A stretch of 64,000 nt of DNA from the IMG/VR virus record IMGVR_UViG_3300035670_000035, positions 64,001-128,000 of that record. One strand, written 5' to 3'. The notes beneath the pieces were generated by a model. It was given only the letters and a program-made list of their open reading frames with translations. It was not told where the DNA came from and ran no database searches. Below, piece by piece: positions 36,098 through 46,376 of this stretch (position 1 is the stretch's first letter; each line of letters opens with the position of its first letter). Both the position numbers and the translations under genes were made by a program. Source of the DNA: a virus.

Positions 36098-38200
36098 TCA
36101 TAGTATATTAAACTTAATATAATTAAAATTATCTGTAATATTATCTTCAAAAGATATTATTTGAATAGAATTAGAAGATATATAATTATTTGTATAATAA
36201 TTAGTGGTATTTGATGTATAATCAATAAAATTATGCTCCCAAATTCCAGCATCTGCACAACCTGCTTCTGAAAATATACCACTAAAATAACCACTTCCGC
36301 TTATAGTATTTCCAATATGAGATATTCTTGTTCTTATTCCTGTGCCATGAATATTTCCTGTTAAATATTCTATGTTTTCTAAATGCGTAAGACTTGATTC
36401 AACTTCTCCAGTAACTCCAATTATAATAAATTTAGGAATATCTTCTTCCTCATTAATCGTTTTATCTTCGCCAGATTCATATAGTTGATAACCTCGTGTT
36501 GGTTTACCAGTAACCACAAAATCAAAAAGTATAGGATCATCATCGCAATAATCTAAGAATTCGCTATATCTATTTATTCCAGATACTAATCCTACTCCTA
36601 AATATTTAAATTTTTTTAAATCTGAATTGCAGCGCAACAAGCCTGATAGACCCGTTATTATTAATCCTTCATCTGATAAACTAAAAAATCCAGAAACCCC
36701 TGTTGTTAATTTAGTAAAAAAGTAATTTCCTCCTTCAAAAAATCTAAAAAAATCTGGATCAACAATACCAGTTTTATTAATTCCCGTACCATATCCTGTA
36801 GCCAATTGATAGTATGGTTGTCCTGTGATAATTAATCCTGCCATTGATTCTAAATGCGAGCCACTAAAAGTTTTTAAAAAATATTGACTATTAGTTAAAT
36901 ATACGCCAGAAATATCTCCAGTATAAAGGACTGTGAGATAATTCGTTACAGTATTTGAAAATCCCGTAATTTCTACAGGATTATTATCCATATCAACACT
37001 ATATCCAGTTGATAAAAATCCTCCTGTAGTATAAAAAAGCTGTCCCCCACCTAAATATGGTACATAACCAGAAACAGAAACTGTAATTGCGCCACTAGAG
37101 GGAACGTCTAAATATACATATCCAGTACCTAATCCTGTTCCTGTTATAGTATAATCTAAATAAACATTACCAGTTGCATAAACAAATTCTCTTATTGTTA
37201 CTCCAGTAACTCCTATAGAATCATTAACTTCGCCATATGGATTATATCCAGTTAAAACAACAGAAGTATCTAATGTTTTTTCGATATAACCAGAACCAGT
37301 TATTATACCAGAAATTGTATCTGTTACATAACCTGTTCCAAAAATATTACCAGTAAAAAATCCTGTAGTTCCACTAATATAGTTTAGTTGAATATTTAAA
37401 TATGAACCACTACTACTACCATAGTTTACAAAAAATTTTGAAATTTGATTATTAAATATATTAACATTTTCAGTTGGATCAATTGTGAGACTAGAAAATT
37501 GTAATGGAATATATTGATTTTTAAAATTAAAATCAAAAGATATTGGACCATAATTTGTATTAAAAGTAATTGGTAAGATTAAAGAACTATTATAAAATTG
37601 TGTTGCCCCAGAATCTGTAATAATATAAAAGTATCCTGTATCATAAAATGACAATGGTAAACCCGAAAGAGTGAATTCAGGATTATTAGATATGTAGCCA
37701 TCAAATATTTTGACATTTAGTTCGGGTTTATTATTAATAATTCTTCCGGTAACATAATTTATTATTTCATTTGTATTATCGTTTTTAACTCTATTATTTA
37801 ATCCAGATATTTGTAAAGTAGTCGCCTCGCCTCTAATAAAAAAATTAAAATCTACAATTAATCCAGAAGGATCAACGAAAAAATAATTATAATTATGTGT
37901 ACCAAAAAAATTACTTGTTTTAAAAAAGAATTTTGGATTATTATTATAATATAAAGTATCTTTAGAGTTTATTATTTCATTTTTTATTGTAAATGGATTA
38001 TTAATAGCATAAGAACCTAATAAATTATTATAAGGATCATAAAGTTCTCCGCTTTTTATTGTATACGCATATATATTCCCGTTTCCACTAATTCCGAATT
38101 TACCAGAACCAATTATGTTATTGATTGATATAACCCAATCGGTATTAAAATCTCCAGTTTGATTTAGAAAATTTCTATAAGTTAAATTTTCCGCGATCAT
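36098..38200 (-). CDS. S/T-G-rich virion protein
   Basis: 700 aa, about 49 S/T-G dipeptides by hand count; beta-rich. Confidence 0.6.
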   Translation of the reverse strand: MIAENLTYRNFLNQTGDFNTDWVISINNIIGSGKFGISGNGNIYAYTIKSGELYDPYNNLLGSYAINNPFTIKNEIINSKDTLYYNNNPKFFFKTSNFFGTHNYNYFFVDPSGLIVDFNFFIRGEATTLQISGLNNRVKNDNTNEIINYVTGRIINNKPELNVKIFDGYISNNPEFTLSGLPLSFYDTGYFYIITDSGATQFYNSSLILPITFNTNYGPISFDFNFKNQYIPLQFSSLTIDPTENVNIFNNQISKFFVNYGSSSGSYLNIQLNYISGTTGFFTGNIFGTGYVTDTISGIITGSGYIEKTLDTSVVLTGYNPYGEVNDSIGVTGVTIREFVYATGNVYLDYTITGTGLGTGYVYLDVPSSGAITVSVSGYVPYLGGGQLFYTTGGFLSTGYSVDMDNNPVEITGFSNTVTNYLTVLYTGDISGVYLTNSQYFLKTFSGSHLESMAGLIITGQPYYQLATGYGTGINKTGIVDPDFFRFFEGGNYFFTKLTTGVSGFFSLSDEGLIITGLSGLLRCNSDLKKFKYLGVGLVSGINRYSEFLDYCDDDPILFDFVVTGKPTRGYQLYESGEDKTINEEEDIPKFIIIGVTGEVESSLTHLENIEYLTGNIHGTGIRTRISHIGNTISGSGYFSGIFSEAGCADAGIWEHNFIDYTSNTTNYYTNNYISSNSIQIISFEDNITDNFNYIKFNIL

Positions 38201-38201
38201 T

Positions 38202-41200
38202 TTATATTCCTTTTACATTTCTGTCAAAACGTCTTGAATTTTGAAATTTTAAAAGGTCAGAAGATATTCCTTTAACTATTTTTGTTCCATATTGGAGATT
38301 TGTGCTAATTCCTTGTTCTGTAATTTCAATACTAAGGCTTTCTAATCCTCTTAGGATTTCTGTTGAATAATCTTTGATATCTGGTAATCCTTTAATTTCT
38401 AAACTTAAACTATCATCTGGATCAGTATTTGAAAATACGTTTCCAGTATAAGCATTGTTTATGCTTGATAAATAATTTAGATTTGGAATACATCCGTATC
38501 CTTTTGAACCCGTAAATGATTTAAAATCATCATCTGTCAGTTTAGTATACACAACATCAAAATTTCTTATATTATCCCCACAAGTCATATTACTATAAAC
38601 TCCTGTTTGTATTTTGGGTAAAGTGACAGGTTGATCAAAGGCTTGAGATACATAAACTCTATAAGCTGGCACTCTAAAAGTCTCAGTCTTTAAAGCGCTA
38701 TCGCATGGCCTAGCTTTATCTCCTTTATTCGCGGTAGATTTTAATGTATTTTCTTCAATTAACGCTTTTGTATTTTTTGGTACTAATGTATGAGGAGGAG
38801 TATATATTCTTGGAAGAGCTAATCCAGTTGAAATTATTTCAATTTCGTGACATTTATTATTTATTAAGCCAATCGGTGTTTGCGATGAATATTTTCCACC
38901 AACTCTTTTTAATAATTTTTTAGTTACAGCAGCAGTTTTATCTGTTGGATGATTTTTAGTCGTCGCAAAATCCTCATTAAGTGATGGAGTTACCTTAAAA
39001 TCTCCTTTATATACAATAAAGATTTTTATTTTAGCAGATTTACCATCTCCTATAAATCCAGTTCTTCCTCCATAAGCAGAAGTCATCCAGGTTGCATTTG
39101 GAGGTACTCCATTATTTCCGAATAATTTCCATTCTAAATTTCCTAATTTATCTGAGATAAGTTCATTATAATTTTCTTGGAACTGTTGAACTTCTGGAAT
39201 CCATTTTGCTTCTCGATCAAGAATAATTGCAGTTTGTTCGAATCTTGGAATTATTTCATTAGATTTTTTAAGAGAAAACATTGATCCTGCCGCACCTGCG
39301 CTATCAGTATAACTATTTGGGGTATCCATTAATGAAACAACATCTTGATTGTTAACTTTAGAAGTTTGAAGATCAAAACCTTGAGTAGAAGTTGGGGCTG
39401 ATGTTGCATCTGGTTTAGCAGGATCAAAATTTGATAAGTTTTCAGGACCAACTATACATCCAAGATAACCACTTTTATAATATTTATATCTACTTAATGG
39501 ATGACTACCAATGCCATCTTTTTTGGAATATATTTGAGCACTACCATCTGCAGATTCAATATTTGTATTATTTTTTATAAATTCTTCATTTCCTGTCATT
39601 CCGCATAATCTAAAAAGGCTTTCTCTAACATAGAATCTTCCTAAGAAATCATAAAGTTCATCTTCCATCTCATATCTTTTCTCAAGAGCAAATTCGTCAA
39701 TATATGCTACTACAAAAAACCCACTATTTATTAAAAGCTTCTCTCGATCCATCGAATTCATTTGTCTTTTTAGAGTATGATAATTCATATTAGCAAGTTT
39801 TTGAAATTCTGTTATTTCTCTATCTTCTTGTGATAGATTACAATCTACTACTGCTAAAATTCGCATATCACCATATTCTGGAATAACTTTTGTATCAGGT
39901 ACAACATATTGTTCGCCTGTTCTTTGTGCGTTACGATTAGATCCTGAAAAAAATAAGTTAAAATCTGTAATATATTGTATCATATCTTTAGAAGATTTCA
40001 TATCATATATATTTCTTAACCAAAATAAATCTCTTAATAAAGGATTATATGCTCTTAAAATTGCTCCAACAACATCTGTATTAGAATTTATATCTTTACC
40101 ATTAAGCGCGGTTCTTGTTCTATTTCCTAAATAGTCTGCTCCATATAGAGCAGAAAGAACAACTGTGGTAGCCTTAGAACAATTAGCGCTCTTTCTTTCT
40201 CCTCCTCTTTCGTACCAAGATATTGCGCCTCTCTGAGATGTTCTCTCTGATGTTACTTCGTGTTCATAAGAAATTAAAGTACTTTTCCTTTTGTATTCAT
40301 TTACAATATTTCCCACGGGGACTTGTATTTCTTGGGCTGATAAATCAATAAATTTAATTTTTTTATCTTTTAAATCATAAAACCAATTTAGTCCAAATTC
40401 ATTTGCCCAAGATGTTAAAACTTCTCTTAATGGTCCAAAATGATCTCTATAAAATTTTTGATATTTATTTATATCACTTTCTATTGCTTTTGGTATTTCT
40501 ATATCGATTTCTGTTGATCCTTGTCTTGGTTTATATGTTTTAAATGCATCAACAAAATCTTTAAACGAGTATCCAATTTCAAATATAGTAGTATAAGAAA
40601 GTTCTTTGCAACGATTTTCATATTTATCTTCTGGACAACTTGGACATGGATCACATGGATCAACATTGAATGCTTCATCAAAAGATATCATATTATCTTT
40701 ATTTTCGTCACAAGGATGAAATTGTCTACCAATAATCCAAAAATTATCTGTTATTTTTTGACTTATATTCGGTGAAATTGCGGATGAGCTTGAAGAAGAA
40801 GAAGAAGAAGAACCTAAAGATTCAATAAATGTATTTTTATTTCTTTCTTCAATTTCTTTACCAAAACCATTCGTCCACGCGTGTTTTCCATTTAAACCAA
40901 TAAATATTTTGTCTAACATAAAACTTGGATCAATAAAGGATATCTCTAATATATTTCCTTGAGAAGAATATCTATTTTTATATTTATAAGGATACATATC
41001 TCCTAAATCTAAATCTCCAATCTTCACTTTTACTGTAGTTTTAAAATTTATGGTAGGTGTTTGATATTGACCATTTGCACTAATTACATTAATCTGAACT
41101 TCGCTAGGTCTTTCGCTAAAATTTGGCGAAAAATTACAATGATATATCCTTCCGCCCGCATAATTTACATCATTATCTAAAGTTATAGATTGTACTTTAA

Positions 41201-41222
41201 TTTTACTAGGAGTGCTACTCAT
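38202..41222 (-). CDS. Putative tail-tip hub (Tal/gp27-like) protein
   Basis: Position downstream of TMP and Dit-like genes; hub-like N-terminus (FSERPSEVQINV...DPSFMLDK) and C-terminal LESLSIEITEQGISTNLQYG; poly-Ser and EF-hand-like insert. Confidence 0.5.
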   Translation of the reverse strand: MSSTPSKIKVQSITLDNDVNYAGGRIYHCNFSPNFSERPSEVQINVISANGQYQTPTINFKTTVKVKIGDLDLGDMYPYKYKNRYSSQGNILEISFIDPSFMLDKIFIGLNGKHAWTNGFGKEIEERNKNTFIESLGSSSSSSSSSSAISPNISQKITDNFWIIGRQFHPCDENKDNMISFDEAFNVDPCDPCPSCPEDKYENRCKELSYTTIFEIGYSFKDFVDAFKTYKPRQGSTEIDIEIPKAIESDINKYQKFYRDHFGPLREVLTSWANEFGLNWFYDLKDKKIKFIDLSAQEIQVPVGNIVNEYKRKSTLISYEHEVTSERTSQRGAISWYERGGERKSANCSKATTVVLSALYGADYLGNRTRTALNGKDINSNTDVVGAILRAYNPLLRDLFWLRNIYDMKSSKDMIQYITDFNLFFSGSNRNAQRTGEQYVVPDTKVIPEYGDMRILAVVDCNLSQEDREITEFQKLANMNYHTLKRQMNSMDREKLLINSGFFVVAYIDEFALEKRYEMEDELYDFLGRFYVRESLFRLCGMTGNEEFIKNNTNIESADGSAQIYSKKDGIGSHPLSRYKYYKSGYLGCIVGPENLSNFDPAKPDATSAPTSTQGFDLQTSKVNNQDVVSLMDTPNSYTDSAGAAGSMFSLKKSNEIIPRFEQTAIILDREAKWIPEVQQFQENYNELISDKLGNLEWKLFGNNGVPPNATWMTSAYGGRTGFIGDGKSAKIKIFIVYKGDFKVTPSLNEDFATTKNHPTDKTAAVTKKLLKRVGGKYSSQTPIGLINNKCHEIEIISTGLALPRIYTPPHTLVPKNTKALIEENTLKSTANKGDKARPCDSALKTETFRVPAYRVYVSQAFDQPVTLPKIQTGVYSNMTCGDNIRNFDVVYTKLTDDDFKSFTGSKGYGCIPNLNYLSSINNAYTGNVFSNTDPDDSLSLEIKGLPDIKDYSTEILRGLESLSIEITEQGISTNLQYGTKIVKGISSDLLKFQNSRRFDRNVKGI

Positions 41223-44200
41223 TGAAATAATTGTCCGTATTATTATATATAATTACATCTGTTTTGTCATAAAAATTTGGATTATAAAATTGATCATTTT
41301 CAGATATTTCATAATAACTATCAGATCTTAATTTAATACCATTTAGCCAAATTAATTGGCTATTTTTACTAAATCTAGGTAAGTCAAAGCTATACATAGA
41401 ACCTGTATATCTATCATATTCTAGTAATAAATTAAAAGCATGAATTATTCCTGTAACAGGTATATTTCCTGTAATATATTCAATATTTGGAGCATTAAAG
41501 TTGTAGTGATATCCACTTATTAATTTTTGTCCATTTAAATATAAAAAGTCTTTATTATTTAAAGATAAGCCAGTCTCTCCAGTATAATTAAATATTGCTT
41601 CACCAGTTTTTATAAAATCAGCTTCAATATTATCAAAAAAATCATATAAACTGATAGGCGAGCCTAATGTATCATTTAATAAATAGTTTAAACCACTAAT
41701 TTGAGCAACGCCATTTAAATTTACTGAATAATTTGCTCCAGTATTTCTAAATCTAAAACTATTAGAAGCCTTGCTCATTAATAGCGAATTATTTAAACTA
41801 ATATCTAATCCACTATTTATTTTAAATAAATATATTTCAAGAATATCATCATTATCAATTAATTGATTAATTAGCAATAGATCTATTCCTAAAGAATTTA
41901 AATAATCTAAATTTTTATTTAATGTATAATTTTTAGTATAATTTAAAATTGTAGTTTTATTTGCTATGTATCCGTTTTGTTTATTAAATATATTTTTAGA
42001 TTCTGAACTATGATACCCTGAATCTAAATAGATAGTATCAACCATATTTACACGAGAGCCATCATTAACATATACAAATTCATAAATATAATTTCCAGTT
42101 TTTGATGCGTCATAGATTCCAGAAGAGAATCCAGTTTGATAAGTTCCATTACTAATTAATTTTTGAGATGTAAATGATGAAGTTGTTATATCTATTCCAG
42201 TTAATACATCGCCAGTAATAACTCCTATGATTCCAGAGACAAGATGCATCGGAAATCCTGTTCCACAAAACTGAGGAATATCTTTATACCAACCAGTATT
42301 GTATCCAGTTATTCCAGAGAATAATACTTGATTTTCAAAACCAGAGATTTGACTTACGATAACAGTAGTTGTTTCTGTTATTGTTATTGGTCTTTCGACT
42401 TCTATATTATATATAAAATGCGCATTACCAGAGGCTAGATTTTTTACTTCCTGACCAGTTATATATTCTGCATAAGTTCCATATTCTGAAGTATTATATT
42501 TTTTAATATCATTTAAAGAATCTCCATATCCCGCGTTGCCATAATAAGTTAGATCTTCATTTTCAAAAAGTATTGAAGAAGAATAATATCCAGCATCTAT
42601 TTGAATTGCACCAGTTAAGCCAATTGGATCTGTGGCTTGTCCGCCACCATCTTCACCCCATCCTGTTATTGAATTATCTGTATTTAATATAGCTATTGTA
42701 TGTAAGTTACCCGCTGCTATATCTAATACTCCAGTTAGGTTATTTCCGTTTCTTGGATATGCTCCTACTCCTTCGCCACCCCAACCAGTAATTGTATTAT
42801 CTATTCTTAAAGCAATATTATGATAATCTCCAACAGAAATTTTTGATACCCCTGTAAGTTCTGATATAAGAGTCTCTTCAAATGCTCCAGTAAATCTTCC
42901 GTCAGTATCACTATTATAAATATAATCTAATTGAACATATTTTGGTTTTACATTAATTTCACCATAATAACCATTATCTTCTACTCCACTCCAATTAGTT
43001 AATGGTAATAATGAAGAAGTTCCATTACCATTTCTGTATCCAGTTATTCCAGAATAAACAATCCAATTAATTCCACTTCTAAATATTCTCCATTTGTTTA
43101 TATCGTTAATATATCCAGAAGTAGAGTTATAGCTATATAAAAGATTTATTCCTGTATCTATACTATTTTCAACTACTATTTGATATGGAAGATTTAAGTC
43201 GTTTGATAATGGTGGAGGAGTAACGTTTCCTGTTAAATTAATAGTATCAGATGCTCCACTATAATTTAAAATCCATCCAGTAGTATTGTTATATAATGAA
43301 AGATTAAAATTTTCAAAATCATTGATATATTTATACGCTGGTTTACTATTGTAATCTCCAGTATAATCCAATATTAATCCTAATAAATATGTATAATTTT
43401 CATATATTCCTGTAATTCTTAATTTTAATGGATAAGATAAATTATCTCTATCATTAATAGAAGCCACTTGATTATAACTATTATCTCCCCAACTTAATAA
43501 TGTTCCATCTGTTTTTAAAAACAACGCATGATTGAGACCTAATTCAATAGCGGAAATATTTGATAATTGACCCAGAGGAGAAGTGCTGTAATTTCCAGTA
43601 AAGTAACCAGAAGAATTATCATAATCTATTGTGCCAAATATTTTTCCAAAACTATTTTTACCCCATCCAGTAACAGTATTATCATCTTTAAGAGCTAAAC
43701 AAGCGCTTCCTTTACATGATATGTCTATTATGTTTGTTAATTTTCCAACTGGAGATCCAGTCCAATGCCCCGCGTATCCTGTAGCTCCATAAAGAGTTCC
43801 TTCATCATTATTTCCCCAACCAGTAATTGTATTATCTTTTAATAAAGCTAATACTGTTAAATCATTTAAAGTAGTTGTGTCTCTGAATATTTCTAATTTT
43901 TCAATTTGCCCAGTTAGAAGTAAAAGATTTTGTGGATTAGGTAAGTTATAACCAGTTACCCCAGTAAGATCAAGGCTATAATTACTTCCAGTTATGCTTC
44001 CAGAGATAACTCCAGCTTGATCTAAGAATTGATTACTAAAACATCCAGTTATATCAGAATAGCTATCAAAAATATGAGTAATATTACTTGGATAGTTTAT
44101 ATAACCATAGAATTGATTGTTTAAAGAAAATGTATAATATGAATTTAAGTTATAAACAAATTGATCTATTACATTATTTAATTGAAAATCAGTAATATTT

Positions 44201-44850
44201 TTATTTATTAATATAAAGTCTTTTAAATAACCACTATAGTTAGGAAAATTAGAAAATTTACCACTACTTAAAATTATAGATCCTGTTACATTTGGTGTTA
44301 AATTATTATCTATTTGAAAAGCTTCTGTATAAAAATCATCATATCCAGCATTATAATAACTTATAAATATATTGCCTCCATATCCTCTAACAGATAATAT
44401 GCCTTTTGTATCTAAATTATAATTTGTAGTTAAATATTTTAATTCATTATTAGTATCATAGTATTCTATAAGAATATTATTATAATTACTTACGCAAATA
44501 TTAAATCCATAATATTTGCCATTAGATCCAGTATTTAAATTAGAAAATAAAACACAAGGACTATTATTTGTCTTTTCATAGGAATATATAAAAGTAAATT
44601 GTTCTGTGCTGAAATTAGATAAATTTATATCTATTCTGCTATCTCCAGTAAAATATAAATAACCAGTTTGGGCATTTAAATTATCAACTAGATTTGATCC
44701 GCTATAGAAACCAGTATATTGCACATATGGACTATTATTGTATGTATAATAATTTCCACTAAAGTTAAGAGGATCAAAAAAGTAATGTATAATATAATTA
44801 TTAGTTTCTACGCTCAGTGGATTTAAGAAATATTTTGTATCGTTTTTCAT
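41215..44850 (-). CDS. Tail protein: LamG-like N-terminus, RCC1 repeats and C-terminal Ig-like repeats
   Basis: YSGYLKDFILIN (LamG end); RCC1 repeats (ALKDDNTVTGWGKN); VNLNGVAQISGLNY, LNGQKLISGYHY, LNGIKLRSDSYY. Confidence 0.7.
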   Translation of the reverse strand: MKNDTKYFLNPLSVETNNYIIHYFFDPLNFSGNYYTYNNSPYVQYTGFYSGSNLVDNLNAQTGYLYFTGDSRIDINLSNFSTEQFTFIYSYEKTNNSPCVLFSNLNTGSNGKYYGFNICVSNYNNILIEYYDTNNELKYLTTNYNLDTKGILSVRGYGGNIFISYYNAGYDDFYTEAFQIDNNLTPNVTGSIILSSGKFSNFPNYSGYLKDFILINKNITDFQLNNVIDQFVYNLNSYYTFSLNNQFYGYINYPSNITHIFDSYSDITGCFSNQFLDQAGVISGSITGSNYSLDLTGVTGYNLPNPQNLLLLTGQIEKLEIFRDTTTLNDLTVLALLKDNTITGWGNNDEGTLYGATGYAGHWTGSPVGKLTNIIDISCKGSACLALKDDNTVTGWGKNSFGKIFGTIDYDNSSGYFTGNYSTSPLGQLSNISAIELGLNHALFLKTDGTLLSWGDNSYNQVASINDRDNLSYPLKLRITGIYENYTYLLGLILDYTGDYNSKPAYKYINDFENFNLSLYNNTTGWILNYSGASDTINLTGNVTPPPLSNDLNLPYQIVVENSIDTGINLLYSYNSTSGYINDINKWRIFRSGINWIVYSGITGYRNGNGTSSLLPLTNWSGVEDNGYYGEINVKPKYVQLDYIYNSDTDGRFTGAFEETLISELTGVSKISVGDYHNIALRIDNTITGWGGEGVGAYPRNGNNLTGVLDIAAGNLHTIAILNTDNSITGWGEDGGGQATDPIGLTGAIQIDAGYYSSSILFENEDLTYYGNAGYGDSLNDIKKYNTSEYGTYAEYITGQEVKNLASGNAHFIYNIEVERPITITETTTVIVSQISGFENQVLFSGITGYNTGWYKDIPQFCGTGFPMHLVSGIIGVITGDVLTGIDITTSSFTSQKLISNGTYQTGFSSGIYDASKTGNYIYEFVYVNDGSRVNMVDTIYLDSGYHSSESKNIFNKQNGYIANKTTILNYTKNYTLNKNLDYLNSLGIDLLLINQLIDNDDILEIYLFKINSGLDISLNNSLLMSKASNSFRFRNTGANYSVNLNGVAQISGLNYLLNDTLGSPISLYDFFDNIEADFIKTGEAIFNYTGETGLSLNNKDFLYLNGQKLISGYHYNFNAPNIEYITGNIPVTGIIHAFNLLLEYDRYTGSMYSFDLPRFSKNSQLIWLNGIKLRSDSYYEISENDQFYNPNFYDKTDVIIYNNTDNYFNE

Positions 44851-46376
44851 ATTATATCCGAGAATGTTTTATCATTTCCTACTTTTTGTTGAGTATAACT
44901 AAATGTTTTATTATTATGATCAATACTTACCTCATCTTTCAATATTAAAATTTTAGATAAACTTACTAAATCTCCGCTTTTTGTTAAAGAATCACGAAAA
45001 CTTTGATCTGGAGGAATATCATCAGCATATTTGCAATTAATAGTTGTATTTAATACTGAATTATTAATATAATCTAAATTTTCTAAATAATAATGTCCTT
45101 GACCACTTAAAAGGGGAGTAAATGTATTCTGTGGAAATCCTGGTTGATAATCTACATCAATAGAAAGATCGTAATATTTTATACCATTCTGATCTCCAAT
45201 TATATTTGGGGAACTAATATAATTTTCGCTATAATTTGATAATTTAGTAACAATACCTGTTCCTTCAGATGAACTTTCTAGTATAAAAGAGCTTGATGTA
45301 GGATCATAAATTTTTAATTTATCTGATATTTTTTTATCAAGATCACTTTTTGTATTTTCTGTATCTTTTACTACAGTTATGGGTTTTACTTCTGAAGTAA
45401 AATTAGCTGTATAGTTTTTATTAAAAAAATCATAGTTAAAACTTAAACTATTTGCTACTTTATTACCATTAGAAGTTATAGTCTTATCATTAGAATAAGT
45501 TGTATTAATTTCTAATGTTTTGCTTACGTCATCAAAACTACTTGTATTAGATATTACTGAAAAACCTTCTGGGATAGAAAAATTATTGGTTTTTGCCAAA
45601 TTTTGTAAATCTTGTTCTGAAGTATTCAAACCTCCAACTATTGTTGATATTTTATTTATGGTTGATAATCCATCAATACTAGATTGGATTTCTATTGAAT
45701 TTTTTATTATGCCCTTTTTTGAAAGATCTTTTTTTAATAAATTGGCTGTAAAATTTTGTTGTATTGAATATGTACCATTAAAAATATCGGCGGTTTCGGA
45801 AGAGCTATTTAATACTATATTTGAAAAATTTTGATTAGTGTTACTTGAAGAAAAGTTTAATTTCCAATCAGTCGTTTTCCCACTAAGTAATTGAGCGTAT
45901 GTTTTAGCATCTAAAACAGGATTTGATCCATTAACTGATACGGCGCCAACGTTTATATTTCTGCTAATTGTAATTGTGCCATCAATATTTTCAGTAACGT
46001 TTATTTCATTGCTGGCGCTAATTGTTTTATTAAGATTATCGTTTACAAACGCATAACATTCACAATCTACAGAATAAGGTACATGACCTATCCAATTTGA
46101 TTCTTGTAAATTAACGTTAGTTAATGTACAATTCTGATTTGTTAAACTTATAAAACTATCTAGAAATGTTTTAATATCAATTGGTGATAATTGGTTTGGA
46201 ATGTTACCTCCAATTCCCTGCGGTAAGTATTCGCCTTCGATACTAAATATTACTTTATTTGCATAATGTTTTGCGCCATCAAAAATAGGCTCTATTCTTT
46301 TTGTGGCGAATGTTGTTATTCCATTATTAGAATTTAAAGATCCTTCTAAGAGATTAAGGGGTAAAGATATACTCAT
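44847..46376 (-). CDS. Tail-tip protein (paralog of 46373-48055)
   Basis: Directly downstream of TMP; shares the ATKRIE N-terminal motif and repeat layout with its neighbour. Confidence 0.55.
   Translation of the reverse strand: MSISLPLNLLEGSLNSNNGITTFATKRIEPIFDGAKHYANKVIFSIEGEYLPQGIGGNIPNQLSPIDIKTFLDSFISLTNQNCTLTNVNLQESNWIGHVPYSVDCECYAFVNDNLNKTISASNEINVTENIDGTITISRNINVGAVSVNGSNPVLDAKTYAQLLSGKTTDWKLNFSSSNTNQNFSNIVLNSSSETADIFNGTYSIQQNFTANLLKKDLSKKGIIKNSIEIQSSIDGLSTINKISTIVGGLNTSEQDLQNLAKTNNFSIPEGFSVISNTSSFDDVSKTLEINTTYSNDKTITSNGNKVANSLSFNYDFFNKNYTANFTSEVKPITVVKDTENTKSDLDKKISDKLKIYDPTSSSFILESSSEGTGIVTKLSNYSENYISSPNIIGDQNGIKYYDLSIDVDYQPGFPQNTFTPLLSGQGHYYLENLDYINNSVLNTTINCKYADDIPPDQSFRDSLTKSGDLVSLSKILILKDEVSIDHNNKTFSYTQQKVGNDKTFSDII

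Noticed and set aside
23433-44850. Eukaryotic giant virus or eukaryotic DNA origin, suggested by FG-GAP/RCC1/vWA/polyproline proteins
   Set aside because: DnaE, DnaB, DnaG, RecA, a tape measure protein, sigma70 promoters and overlapping operonic genes all indicate a bacteriophage.
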